Shown piece by piece: positions 26,911-39,988 of a DNA stretch of 64,000 nt. The translations under genes and the position numbers were made by a program. This stretch comes from the human T2T-CHM13v2.0 reference genome, Homo sapiens. Numbering within the stretch: the stretch's first letter is position 1; each line of letters begins with the position of its first letter. The stretch lies in NCBI RefSeq assembly GCF_009914755.1, contig NC_060936.1; one strand, written 5' to 3'. The notes beneath the pieces are model-generated. The model worked only from the letters and a program-made list of their open reading frames with translations, was not told the DNA's origin and ran no database searches.

Positions 26911-28689
26911 GAAGGGAGCAACGTGGGGTATACCTTCAGGACCATTCACTGGACAATTCTGCTTTTCTTTCCACAAAGGGAAGGGAGCTCAGCTCTGGGG
27001 ACTCTCACATTCCTTACTCTTATAGTGAAAGTCAAAAGTGAAATCCAATCATACATAGCTTTGAGTTTCCCATTTTATGTGCAAATAAAGCACAATATTT
27101 ACAATCTCACATATTATAATAGAATCTAATATATACACTAGAAAACAAGAATGAAAACCCGTCTTTCAGTATTTTCTATGCTAATTAACCTTCTACTAAA
27201 CATTTTGAAAAGTTAAGAAATAATCTTTAGCCTTGAAATACTCTTTAGCTTTTGTATTTTCCTTCCTCCTTCTGTGCACTTGGCTATCAAATACTTGTTA
27301 AAATATATAGGAATATTGTGTTGAACTTTTGTGAGTAATCAAATGCAAGCCAAAACATCTTAATTCTCCCAAAAAGAGACTCATATAATATATACATAAG
27401 AATCCTGTCCCTCAGATTACACTCTGTGAAATCTCTGTTATTTTTTGACACAAAACTCTAAAGACCTTTATCTGTCTTTTTGCCTGCCTACTTTAAAATA
27501 GTTGCAAATTAGATCTGTGCTCTTTGATTCAGGTTGATTTTTGGGCATCTGTATTTAATTCTTTCACTAAAGGGCAAAGGCAGCTTCTAGATATGCTAAG
27601 AATCCTTTCTTTTTATGGGTGGAGAGAAAAACAGTCTGCAACACTAGAAGAACTAAATAAGGATGGGAGGTTTGCATGGAACCTGGACTCTCCCACACTG
27701 TACCCAAGCCCATGCCAAATTTGTACAGGTGTGCACCACATGAACAGATGAGCAAGTGTGATGAGAAGAGCTCTCAGGATCTGACTGAGCCCATAATGAT
27801 GCATTTCTCCCAAGGTGGACCTAAGCATCTGTTATGTACTTGAAGTATTTGTTTACTTGATAGCAAAAGGGTACTTAAACTGCTAAGCTTATACCCTATT
27901 AGGGATTATGGGGATTTTTGTTGTTGTTGCAGTTGTTGTCTTTTTCTTAAAGAAAAAGGACACAATGAGATGACACATCAGGGGTGTCAATGTAAAGGGA
28001 GTACTGAGCCCACTAGAAGGAGCACAGGATTTGTGGTGTTCTAACACTCAGAATATTACGGTGATTATATCACCACAATTTTGTTCTGGGAACACCTCGT
28101 TACTTGGGAGGAATGTTAAAATTGTAAAGGTTATTTAATGTGGCTTTTATAATAAGATTTTTGAAGAGAAAAAATGTTTATTTGGAGAATAAGTATATGA
28201 AGGTTGTTCCCCACTCCAGATCCTGGATATTCTTAAAGGTATTTCCTCAGTAATCCTCATGCTATAGATTTTTTGCTCTCCTACCAACTTTGCAGGCTCC
28301 TGAATCTGATTTTGTCCCATCTAATTTTCCACTCATTTGACAAATGGCTTTTAGTGCCAGACATTCAATTAATCCCTGCCCCCATGGAGCTTTAATTCAG
28401 ATAGGCAAAACAGACCATTAATATAATATATATACAAATTCAGTATGTTAGAATGAGATGAGTGTTATAGAGAAAACTAAAACAAGATGAAGGCACTGAG
28501 AAAGTGCCAAGGGATTGAACCAAAACTTTTCTTTCTCGTGTTCCTCCTTTGTACTTCCCAGCTATTCTCATGTGCTGATTCAGTTTGATTTGTTGCCGGG
28601 ATAAAGTACATCCTACCTCTTTCTCCCTTGCCTTCTTACTGTGTGTACAATGTGCCCATAATAAATAATATTTGAATAAAGTTTTCATA

Positions 28690-29215
28690 CCTATTTTGCT
28701 TTTAATCCCCAAAACAACATATTTGAAGAAAAACCTCAGAAAAGTGAATGACTTGGTTAAAGTCAAATAGATACTAAATAAGAAAACAGGATAGCATCCA
28801 CTACTTCTTTTTAAAAAAAAAACTTAATGAAAACTGTTCATCAAATATAACTTTATTGCTCTGAAAAATGAATCAGAATATTACAATATAAATAATATAA
28901 GCTGACTACCCCTATTTTTTCCTTTTCAAAAAGGAAAGACATGTCTATAGGATTTTCAATTTTTTGAAAAAAAAATGAGAAATTGTCTGTCACTCTTACT
29001 GAGGCAGAAATAGTTTGGGCTTAATATTACAACTAGAATCCCTTACTATACTTACCCTGGTGTGATTATTATGCATTGTATATCTGTAGCAAAATATCTC
29101 ATGTACCCTATAAATGTATACACTACTATGTACCCATAATAATGTTTTTAAAAACTACAAAAAAAAAAAAAAAAAGAAAACAGGACTCTTGCACCCAGGT
29201 TCTCTGAAACTAACT
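28690..29215 (-). mobile_element. MIR fragment split by a TSD-flanked retroposed insert
   Basis: ctcagaaaagtgaatgacttggttaaagtca... joins ...caggactcttgcacccaggttctctga across the insert. Confidence 0.55.
29049..29175 (+). mobile_element. L1MA (L1MA1-3-like) 3' end plus poly(A), part of a larger TSD-flanked insert
   Basis: ttaccctggtgtgattattatgcattgtatatctgtagcaaaatatctcatgtaccctataaatgtatacactactatgtaccca, then A17. Confidence 0.85.
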
Positions 29216-29384
29216 TGCATGGACATATTTACACATTGTCACTCCCATTGTTTGACACCCAAAAGAAAAACTAAATATGAATATGAATAACGGGCCAGGT
29301 AAAGGAGAGAAATGGTTCAGGCCAAATGGCAAAAGACTCATTCCTGAGGGCAACAGGTAAATTGTTTTGGTGCACACAATGGGC

Positions 29385-29455
29385 ACTCAAGCAATTATTC
29401 AACAAATGCCTTTTGAGTGTCTATTATGTGCTAGACACTGTGCTAGGTGCTAAGA
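29385..29455 (-). mobile_element. L2 tail fragment
   Basis: attcaacaaatgccttttgagtgtctattatgtgctagacactgtgctaggtgct. Confidence 0.75.
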
Positions 29456-29799
29456 GTCATCCTCTACTTTGCCTGCAAATCAGATATATTAGAGTCAAAT
29501 CAATACACAGTGGCAGGCTGAGGAATAGTGTTTTAAGTTGAGAAGAGGATATCATATTAATAATTGTCTCTTGAGTCTATTAACTTTAACAGGGGTCTAG
29601 AAAAACGTTACTAATACATGGAAAGGAAGAAGAAATAAAGGACATAGGGAGTGTAAATAAACTAAATTTAGAACCAAGGGCAGAGTTAAGTGTTAAATTA
29701 GAGAAAGTGCTCACCATTACCTTAATAGTAAGTTCAGTAGGGTTCAGTAAGGCAATAGCACTGAAAATTCCTCCTAAAAAACCTTAAAGAGGCATGTCA

Positions 29800-29950
29800 T
29801 GGGAAGAAGTTATGGTGTAATGGATCAAGCAAGACTTAATAGTTTCCATTCCTGACTCTGTCACTTAGCAGTTTTGTGACCTTTATCTATAAAAGGAGGT
29901 TAATAATCCTTTTCCAGAGGGATTGGGATTGCATAAGGTCACACATGAGA
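29800..29950 (+). mobile_element. MIR fragment
   Basis: cctgactctgtcacttagcagttttgtgacctt..atctataaaagg. Confidence 0.6.
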
Positions 29951-29972
29951 ATGTGGTACCAAGTGGGTGTTT

Positions 29973-30510
29973 TTGTCAGGGCTCCTGAAACTGCAGGGAG
30001 AAGAAATGTATCTCAAAAGGGTATTTACTGGCTTGTGAAGAAAAAAAAAAATGCAGGGCCAGTGCTTTAGATATGTCTAATGACAAAAACTCAGCTGAGG
30101 TCACCAGGATGCCAGCTCTCTCTGTCGCTCAGTTGTGCTCTCATTCGTGTTAACCTCATCCTCAGCTGGTGCTTTTCTTGACAGAACAAAATGGAGGTTT
30201 ACAGCTCCAGACTCAAGTCTTCACAGTTACAGAGCTCTTCGATATAATTCTACCCAAATCCCTAAATGAGCCTTCCTTGGCCTAGATTGGATCACAGGAT
30301 TACCTCTGAACCAGTAGGTGTGGACAAGGAAATTAAGTGCTCTGATTATCCTGTTTTGGGTCATAAGACTTTCTTTGGAGCCAAAGATAAAGTCATCCTC
30401 AATCAATCTACACATATTGAAGGACAGAAGGGTGATGTCCCAGAGGAAACCCAGAAAGCTGTTGTGAGATGCAAGAAGATATAGTGGCAAACTAAAGCCA
30501 CCAATATCGG
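29973..30510 (-). mobile_element. Old MLT1 (K/L-type) LTR
   Basis: cagctccagactca ... ttggcctagattggatcaca...ctctgaaccag...gtgctctgatt...gggtcat. Confidence 0.6.
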
Positions 30511-31079
30511 GGTTCAATTAATATGTGTTACATCTCAATCTGTTGGATTTGGGCATTATGTCTCTGAATAGATCAAAAATTAAATATAGAACTTAGCTCC
30601 TGTACTAAGCATATTTTCTAAATAATCTTTCTTCTGAAGAAAATGTAATAATAACCGTACTTGCTTCCTCTGAGCAAAGAGAGCCCATTCAAATAGCCTT
30701 GTGCTTGAGAAAAAAAAAATTCATTGCTATGAAAAATGCATTTCTGCTTGGCTTATGAGCTAGAAAGAGGATATTGGAATATTAATATTTAGTGCATGTA
30801 TCTAGAGATGACCCTGTGTGCATAAATATGCTTTAGCATCTGCATTTATACGTACATCAAGGGAAAAAATTAAATTATGATATACTGCTGTGAAGAGATG
30901 AAATGAAACATGAGATATATATTAAACTTAAAGAACAGAAATGAACCCACAAGACAAGAAAGTTTGGAATCTTACATACTCTGCTTTCCTGTCTGTTTCT
31001 ATTGACTAGTTGTAAACTTGATGATATATAAAATTAATAGCTTTTTACCTTTAGCTTGGCCCAAAGTACTTGATAAAGC

Positions 31080-32050
31080 CAAGTCTCTCCCATCTTAACG
31101 ATAATATTCTCCTTTTCCTAGCACCTGATTCCTCTGTTTCATCACAGCCACAATTCTAGAAAGGGAAGTGTATGCTAGCTGTTTCCACTTTCTCACCACC
31201 AGCCCCCATTCACACTTGAGTCCATTGCTATAATTTGCTTTGTCTCCACAAAAACCCATGTTGAAATTTGATCCCCAATGCGGCAGTGTTGAAAGGTGAG
31301 GTCTAGTAAGAGATGTTTGGGTCATGGAAGCGGATCCCTCATGAATAGATTAATGCTATCCCACCAGGGTGAGTGAATTCTCCCTCTGGTTCTAGTGGGA
31401 ATAGATTAGTTTCTGAGAGAGCATGTTGTTAAAAGAGTCTAGCTTCCTTGGATTCACTCTCTTGCTCCTTTTCTTGCCCTGTGATCTCTTTGCACATGTC
31501 AGCTCTCCTTTCTCTTTCTGCCATGAGTGGAAACAATCTAAGGCCTTCACCAGATGCAGCTGCCCAATCCTGGACTTTCCAACCACCAGTATTGTGAGCC
31601 AAATAAACCTCTTTTCTTTGTAAATTACTCAGTATCAGATATTCAGCACAAAACAGCAACACAAAACAAACTAAGATGCTCGTGAACACCTAATTTCTGT
31701 CTCTACCACAAGGACACTGCCCGCACTAGTGAGCTTTTCCCAAGTTTAACAGATCCTTCCAATCCTGACTCTATTTGTCTGTGACATTCTCTACTTCTGG
31801 AAACTCTCCTTACTGAAGTTCCACTTCCCCAGTCCCTCCCAGGTTTCCCTCAACTCTCTTGGGTGCTCCATTTTCACCTCCTTCACAGACTGTTCTTCTT
31901 CCTCTTCCTCTATCAATGTGATTTCTCTAGGTTGGTTCTTAGTCTACATATTATCCCCTAATCCCATGCCTTCACTTACCCCTTACATGTTGATGGAACC
32001 CAAATTTTTATCACAAGCTGAGACCTCTCACCACTGACTCTCCCACATTT
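31080..32050 (+). mobile_element. L2 fragment interrupted by an MST LTR
   Basis: Pyrimidine-rich L2 sense sequence (ttctggaaactctcc ... gttgatggaacccaaatttttatc). Confidence 0.6.
31226..31678 (+). mobile_element. MSTB-type MaLR solo LTR
   Basis: tgctataatttg..tgtctccacaaaaacccatgttgaaatttgatcccc ... tgtgagccaaataaacctcttttc ... aaactaaga. Confidence 0.9.
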
Positions 32051-32059
32051 GCATGGACC

Positions 32060-32600
32060 ATAAAGAAAGGGAAAAGGATCAGGAAGAGAGTTCTGGAAAA
32101 TAGCAATATATAAAAGCCACGTGGAGAAAGAACCCTGAGTGAGGTTAGCATTGTATAATGAAAACCAGGAGAGAGTGGCGTGCTGACAGCCAGAGCAAGA
32201 GAGACTTTTTGAAAGAAAAGAAGGCACGTAAGGGATTGTGTACTACAACAAAATCAAGTGAAATAAGGACTGAATACTGTCCCTTTAAATCAACAGCTAG
32301 AAGCTCCTTAGTGGCCTTGACAAGAGATATTTCAGTGGTTAAGACAGAAACTAGACCATGGTAGATGAAGGAATAAATACAAAGTAGGAAAATTAATACA
32401 GAGAACATGAGCCATTTTTCCAGGAACTTGACTGAAGGTGGAACATAGTTAAATGGAGATGAGGAGTGCCAGGGTGTTTGCTGATTTGGTTGGTTGAGTG
32501 GGTGGTGGTTTTTAAGTTGGGAAAAAGTTGAGGCTGTTTGTTAAAGGGGAAAAAACACCATGAAATTAGAAACTGTAAATCCAGGAACTAGAGAGGGAGG
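32060..32600 (-). mobile_element. L2 fragment
   Basis: gaaaaccaggagagagtgg..aaatcaagtgaaataaggactgaa...ccttgacaagagatatttcagtgg. Confidence 0.7.
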
Positions 32601-32960
32601 AGGGGATATTAATGGTGAGTAAATATCCCACTACTGCCACTGTGTTCTATTAGAAACACAGCATTGGATGAGCTTCACCTGTTTCTCATGGCGTCAATCA
32701 TTTTTAATCAGGCACAGGTTAAAACCTCATCCTCAGCCTTGCATTCAATGTTCTCCTTAAGGTCTGATTTCATCCCTCCCACAATGCATGCTGCAAGTCC
32801 TACTCAAAACGATGCTGGGGGTCTTTCTTTACCTCATTATCTGCTCTCTGCATGTTTAAACTCTACTTTTTAAGACATAGTCCAAGTTCTATTTCCTCTT
32901 GGTTTTCCCAACTACATCCTTGGTTCTCAGCAAATACTCTAGTTACAGAACCTCTGTAGC

Positions 32961-33268
<308 letters not shown>

Positions 33269-33589
33269 ATTCTGTAACATTTTTATGGTTATTAATTTTT
33301 CCTGACTCGTGTAATTATTTATCTAATCAGGTACATATTCTTGCTCCCTAAATCAGCCATAAGCCCACAAAGGGCTTTACCCTCCAACATCTAGTAGAAT
33401 CTCTAGCTTAAATTGTGGGGCTCTTGTACAAGGGCCAACTGCAAGAGAATGGTCTTGTAAGCAGTAGCAAAAGCTGAAATTGACTCTGGTCACTGGCACC
33501 CTTGTGAGAGTAATTGACTGGTAGGGTAGGGAGCAGCAGGAACCAACTAACACATAAGATGCAGAAGATACAATCCTAACAGAGTCCAA

Positions 33590-33750
33590 GTTAGTCAATA
33601 AATATTTATTGAGCAACTACTATGTACAGAGCGCAGCCCCAGACATGAAACATACAACAGTGAACAAGGTAGACGAGGTCCCTGCCCTCATGGAGCTTAC
33701 AGTCTAGAAAAGCAGATAGACATTAAACATACAATTTCAAATGTGACAAA
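33590..33750 (-). mobile_element. L2a 3' end
   Basis: caataaatatttattgagcaactactatgt...gtccctgccctcatggagcttacagtctag. Confidence 0.85.
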
Positions 33751-34789
33751 TGAAAGAAAAAGGAAAAAGTACTTTAAAAGAGTATTGTATCCTGTATATT
33801 CCTGGTGGCTTGAGCACAACTCAGTACATAATAGGTACTGAGGTGGGAAAACAGACATAATTCCTGCCTCAAGAAGCCTATGGTCTAATAGTGGTATTTA
33901 TTTTCTGTTTATTGCAATTGAGATATCCAAAATAAGATTTTAGATTGTAATGAAAACAAAGGGAAGCTTTTGAGCTAGATGACTTCTACAATGTCTTCAT
34001 GCTTCTCTAAAATCCAAGACCTCACACATTAGATGTGCACAGACGTTTGTTGGATTGAACTGCCTACATTAAGGTGAGTTTTTTCAGAGTCATAAACAAA
34101 GTAGATTAATTGGAGCCACTCACTAATTTCAAAATTTCCTGTTTGCAAAGCAAAGGGATATACTTCTCTCATTTCTAAAAAAAAGACCAGAATTTGGGAT
34201 GCTTACTGAGAAAGGAAAGGAAGATGAGGGAGAGAGAGAGACCTTCAATTGAGCAGCTGTTGGTAAACAGTCAACTTGCCATATCAACATAAGAAACTGC
34301 ATCATGTGTCACACTGTCATTTTAATGCAGTAATACAACCACAAGATTACAAAGTTAAATTTATGTAAATTATGTTTTGGAAATTACTGGAGCAGACTGT
34401 GGGGGCTGTTTGTACTCAATCTGCTAATGAAAGGGCCCATTTCACCAACAGAAAATCAAAAGAAGAAAATATTTTGCTGCATTTCCTTTGGTCTATTTTA
34501 AAGATATTAAGAATTTTCTCCCCAAAGGCTTTAATGTGGAAGAGATGGGGAGCAGAGAGAAGTCTGTGTTCATCTATTGTTAAAGAGGCTGCCTTGGGAG
34601 CTGGGGAATGCTCCCTTTGGTTTATCGTCTATTCAGCAAGGCTGGTGGTATTTTTGCTGCCAACTGATTAATCTATCAAATCCCCAATGTTTCAAGGAAC
34701 CATACACTACTCAGGCAATGCTTATGAGAATGATGTTCCTGCATTATGAATCTAACATTCATTTTCATAGATGGCAGCATGACTAATGA

Positions 34790-35022
34790 TGATGCCTCAT
34801 ATTTCTATAACAATTTACAGTTTCCAGACCACTTTCACATTCATCATCTTATTTGATTCTCGTGACAATCTTGGGAGATCTGGAGGACAGGAATTATTGT
34901 CCTTATATTTCAAATAAGGAAGAGGAATTCAAGGCTTAGAAGGGATGTCACTTCCCCAACCTAGTAAAAGGCAAACCCATGACTCTAATATAGACCTTCT
35001 GATATTGGTTTCAGTGTTCTTT
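34790..35022 (-). mobile_element. MIR
   Basis: cactttcacattcatcatcttatttgattctcgtgacaatc...attattgtcc. Confidence 0.75.
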
Positions 35023-35025
35023 CCG

Positions 35026-35685
35026 CAGATAATTTCCCAAAATTTGTTCTGAAGAACAATGGTCTTGAGAATTATGCCATGAAACCAAAATCATTTTACA
35101 TTATGTATCTCTTGTATCAGTTGTGTCTCAGTGTAGGAGACAGAAACCTCTCTAAGTGCTTCAAGCAGAAAAGGAATTTGACATGAGAAATTTGGTGATT
35201 ACAAAATCGTTGGAAGGGCCAGAGGAACAGAAGTCAGGGGTTGCCCCAGTCTATTTATCTCACGGGCCCATCATTATACTGTCACATGACAAAGCCAAAA
35301 CTGCCTATAAACAACGACTTCACTTACCAGCATCAACAACAGTAGGAAAATTGCCTGCATCTCACTTTCACTTTGCAAATTTTGTGAAAATGCATGTAAT
35401 CAGCTGACCAGAATTCTCATCCAGAAGCCTAGTTGCAAGGGAGTCTGGGAAATGTAGTTTGTAGATGGAATGGGCTTGGGAGTGCCAATCACAGTCTTTT
35501 AATCATACCCCTTTTAAAAATGCATGGTGTTCATTAACATTTTAAGCCTACAAAAAAAATCCTGCAGTAATAGAAACTATTCAACTTTAACCTTGCTAAG
35601 TTCAGCTTTTCACAAAATTGTTTGACCATGGAACTCTGTCTGGCAGCCCCTCATTAAGCAGAACACACTCAGGGAAAAGCTGCAC
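35026..35685. mobile_element. Old hAT-Charlie-like element interrupted by an LTR78/LTR33-like LTR (about 35112-35492)
   Basis: Ends tttcccaaa... and ...gaacacactcagggaaaagctg. The insert has aggagacagaaacc..ctaagt and gcaagggagtctgggaaatgtagttt. Confidence 0.5.
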
Positions 35686-36911
35686 TGCAGCAAGCTGGAC
35701 ATAGCCACAATATAGTACACACACATATGCCAATATGTCCATCAGACAACTAACCAATATAAAATCAGACAGCATCTGCTGCAGGCCTATGGTAGAATGG
35801 GGACAGCTCCACGGACCAATTCCACACCACGTAACAAACGTGTGAGGCAAAATCCTTTTCTCTGGGGTGATTGCGTAAGAAAACCACCTACAGGCATAGG
35901 CCCCAGAAATTTAAGATGCCAGAATGAATTCTAAGCAGCAAATGGGTTTGGTCTAGTAACTGCTGTAGAATAGAAATCATCATCCATCATTGAAGATCAA
36001 CCAGCCAGCCATTCAAGTTTTTGGAAGCAACTGAGTATTGTTGGATGAGTCAAGCACTCTGCTACAGCACCCACCACTCACTACTGTCTCATATCTATCC
36101 AAATCACAAAATTATGTTTCTTCCTCATGCCTGTGGGCATTTGAGTTTGACACACACAGGTAGACACATACTGTTAGAGAAGTCTTTGTAGAAAATGTGG
36201 GAGTTGAATTGAGCCTTAAAGGCTGAGTGGGGCAGCATCTGCAGCAGTATTTCTCCTGGTATTCAAGAGAATATTCCTGTTATCTATGTTAGTAGGCATG
36301 GTGTGGTTAAAGATTAAGCCCTAAATCAGCTACCTAGGCCTCGCTGAGTGCTCTAGCAACATTTCTCTTTGTAGTGGAGAAGTTTTAATGAGAAAGGAAG
36401 CCTTTTGAAGGGAATATTGAGTAATTAGGAGACTATGTGAGGCTGGTCTCAACTGTGATTCCGGGGAGAAAGTGCATCTTTTCCTAAAGCAAAGAGAGTG
36501 CAGAAGGAAGAACCACCCAACATAACTCTTTTAGTCTACAAGAGAGAAAGAACACATGATATATAATGGTTATTCCACCTCATCATTATAGTGGATTATA
36601 TATATTCCTTCCTTCCTTCCTTCCATCCATTTTCCAATATATTCCATCTCATCATTTATCCACCATGGATAAAGCAATCTATTCTGCATTCAGACTTAGC
36701 TTTTAATCAGCTTAAGTAAAATACTTAAAATATTATTCCCCATGCACCCAAATTTGGAAATTGTACCCTATAACAATTTGGGATTTTTCTTTCTCTGTGT
36801 TTTCTTACACTGAGGAAACCCTACACTTATAGTCTACATTTTTAAAAAACAAAAATGTTTTCAAAAAGAAATGCATTTTCAGGGGAAGTTTTAAAAATCC
36901 TAAAGAATATT

Positions 36912-37207
<296 letters not shown>

Positions 37208-37677
37208 AAAAATCCTAAAGAGTATTAATTAGGAAACATAAAAATTAAATTTTTTTAAAAGACAGAAGCATTATTACCCAACACCCTAAGAACTGGCTTT
37301 GTGAAACTGAAGAGAGATCAGGATGAGTGAAAAACTCTTCAATACTATCTTTTCAGACCACATTGTCAGAATTATTTTCAAGGAGATCAGCATGGAATAG
37401 GAAACTACTCGCTGTAAACATTATCTGATTTTCTACCATAGGCATCACTGGTAACTTGACTGAACTATTTGGAGAGTTAGTGTGTGTTCTAAAAAAAAAA
37501 AACCATACATTTCATTTGTCACCAGCTTCCTGAAAGTGTAAATTCTTGTCAATAGCAGAGCTTATCCTCAAGATATTCAGCAAGCAAAGTGAAGAGTTGG
37601 GTACAGGATGTGGAGCTCTGGCTTTTTAGGCCTACATGCAATAGAGCAAAAACCAATGCTCCTCAGATGTCAGCTCT

Positions 37678-38740
37678 TTGTTCACTCAACAAGTATGTGT
37701 TGATCACCTGCTATGCACCAGGCAGTGAGGCAGGTACTGGGGATATAGTGGTGTATAAAAGAGACATGTCCCTGCCATCATGGAGTTTACAATCTAGTGT
37801 AGAAGTCAGACAAGAAGCCATCAACCAAAGGAATACATCATTTAACATGATGAACCACGAGAGGAGGTGGAATTCTACTAAAAAAGGGTTTTTCAGGGAT
37901 GGCCTGTCTGAGGATCTAACATTTAAGCTAAGATCTAAAGGATTGAATAGTCCTAAAAGAGGTCACAACAAAAGTGAAGGCTACACTGAGAAAGAGCGTG
38001 GCATGTTTGAAGACCTAACATAAAGCCAGTGTGAGTGAAGCAGCAAGGAAAAGGAGATGATAAGGCCAGGGAAGGGCACCATGATAAAGAGCCCCGATTT
38101 CATTCTGAAAGTGACAGGAAGCCACAGAAAGGCTTTGTGTTCCTCTGCTTGGGCTTCCATAACAAAATGCCATGGTCTGGGTGGCTTAAACAACAGATAT
38201 TTATTTCTCCCAGTTCTGGAGGCTGAGAAATTTGGGATAAAGTTCCATCCCTTCAGTTCCAGGTGAGGGCCATCTTCCTGGCTTGTGAGAGGCATAGAAA
38301 GCGCCTTCTCACTGTGTGTTCATAGGGCTTTTCCTTGGTGCACATACATCAAGAGAGAGTACAAACTCTTCAGTATCTCTTCTTATAAGGACATTGATAT
38401 TATCAGATAAGGCCCTACCCTTATAACTCTATTTAACCTTAACTATTTCCATATGGACCTTATCTCCAAATATGATCACATTTAGGCTTATGACTTCAAC
38501 ATATGAATTTGGGGGGAACACAAACATTCAGACCACAACAGGCTTACAGCAGGGAAATGGCATGGCCTGATCAACTGATTTCATTTTTTAAAGGCCACTT
38601 TAACTAATCTGTGGAGGATGACTAATAAGGAAAAAGAAAAGCAGCAGAGCGAACAGGAGTTCTGAACAGAGAGAACATGACAGACAAAGGTGGTAAAAGT
38701 ATTGCATCAGAGAAAAATGTGGGAAAGAATTGAGTAACCA
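37678..38740 (-). mobile_element. L2 3' portion split by MLT1A
   Basis: ttcactcaacaagtatgtgttgatcacctgctatgcaccaggc ... gtccctgccatcatggagtttacaatctagtg. Explains ORF 37589..38023. Confidence 0.8.
38136..38540 (-). mobile_element. MLT1A-type MaLR solo LTR
   Basis: ccataacaaaatgccat..ctgggtggcttaaacaacaga ... aacatatgaatttggggggaacacaaacattcagaccacaaca. Perfect TSD GGCTT. Confidence 0.9.
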
Positions 38741-39031
38741 GGTATTTTTTTTAAAAGCTTGTTTAATATTTAAAGAGAATAAATAAGATTTGATTATTAA
38801 AAAGGAAAATTGAAGCAATGCCTCTTCTAAGTGACTTTTTTAAACAATATCTGTAAGCCACCCAAGAGGGACAACGTGTGTGGTTCCCTGTATGGCAATG
38901 CTACAGAATTGCTTTGATCATTAGCCTCCTTTCTTGTATTGTCATTGCAATTCATGGTTATGGGGAAATCCAGGAAGGTTCCAAGGTTCAGTTAAGATAG
39001 GCCATGAAACATAAAAATACTTATCGGAATG

Positions 39032-39566
39032 TATATTAGGCTCCTATTGCTGCATAACAAATTTCCACACAATTAACAGCTTAAAACAACACCTGTTTAT
39101 TGCACCAGCATTTCTGTAGATCAGAAGTCCAGGCGTGGCTCAAGCTGGGTCCTTCACTCAGAGTCTCATAAGGCAGAAATCAAGGTGTCAGCTGGGCTGA
39201 GTTCCTTTCTGGAGCTAGGGGTTCTCAAACTCACGTGGTTGTTGGCAGAATTCAATTCCTTGTAGATGTATGACTCAGCCCCCTGTTCTTTTATTGACTT
39301 CCAGATGGGGTCCACTTTCATCTCCTAGAAGCCACCTGCAGCCCTCTTTTAAAGGCTCAGCCCATTAGGTCAGATCTACCCGATAATGGCCCCCCTTTTG
39401 ATTAACTCAGCTAATTAGGGACCTTGATTACATCTGCAAAGTTCTTTATGCCGTACAACAGGACAGTCATAAGAGTGATCTCTCATCGTGTCTGAGGTTC
39501 CAGTCACGCTCAACAGGAGGGTGATAACAAGGGTTATCAGGGGATCTTTTTATTCTGGCTACCACA
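39032..39566 (-). mobile_element. MLT1E-type MaLR LTR
   Basis: ctattgctgcataacaaatttccac ... gttgttggcagaattcaattccttg ... gattacatctgcaaa ... tctggctaccaca. Confidence 0.85.
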
Positions 39567-39988
39567 GAATATCATTGAATCCTTGAACCTTGTGTCAAGA
39601 CTTCACATTATTACAATCTCTTGCTATGCAATGCTCCATAATACACCCCATAATTGCTGAAAATCATGAAGGTTGAACTTTTTGTAAAAAAAACAAACAA
39701 AACAAAAAAAAACAGTCAACACATTGGCTGGAAAAATAAATCTGTTTCAAAATGTTCATGTTTTTAAAGGGTTAACTTCTCAGCTACACCTTCAGGGCTG
39801 TTTCAGACCATCTCAATGTCTTCTATATCGCTTTTTGCAGAAGCTGTCTTTTGGAGTTCATCTTTTAAGTGGGGCTCTTTTCTAGAGACTTCAGCTAAGT
39901 TCTATTTTTCCTTCAGTAAGTCATGAGAAATCTATTCAGTAGAATCCAGTTCAACATCTGGCTCTTTGCTTCCTCCCAGTCTCTAGAA

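Noticed and set aside
31080-32600. Adjacent opposite-orientation L2 fragments as an inverted repeat
   Set aside because: They appear to be independent, highly diverged copies with too little mutual identity to pair.
37589-38023. 144-aa ORF
   Set aside because: Lies almost entirely in antisense L2 sequence.
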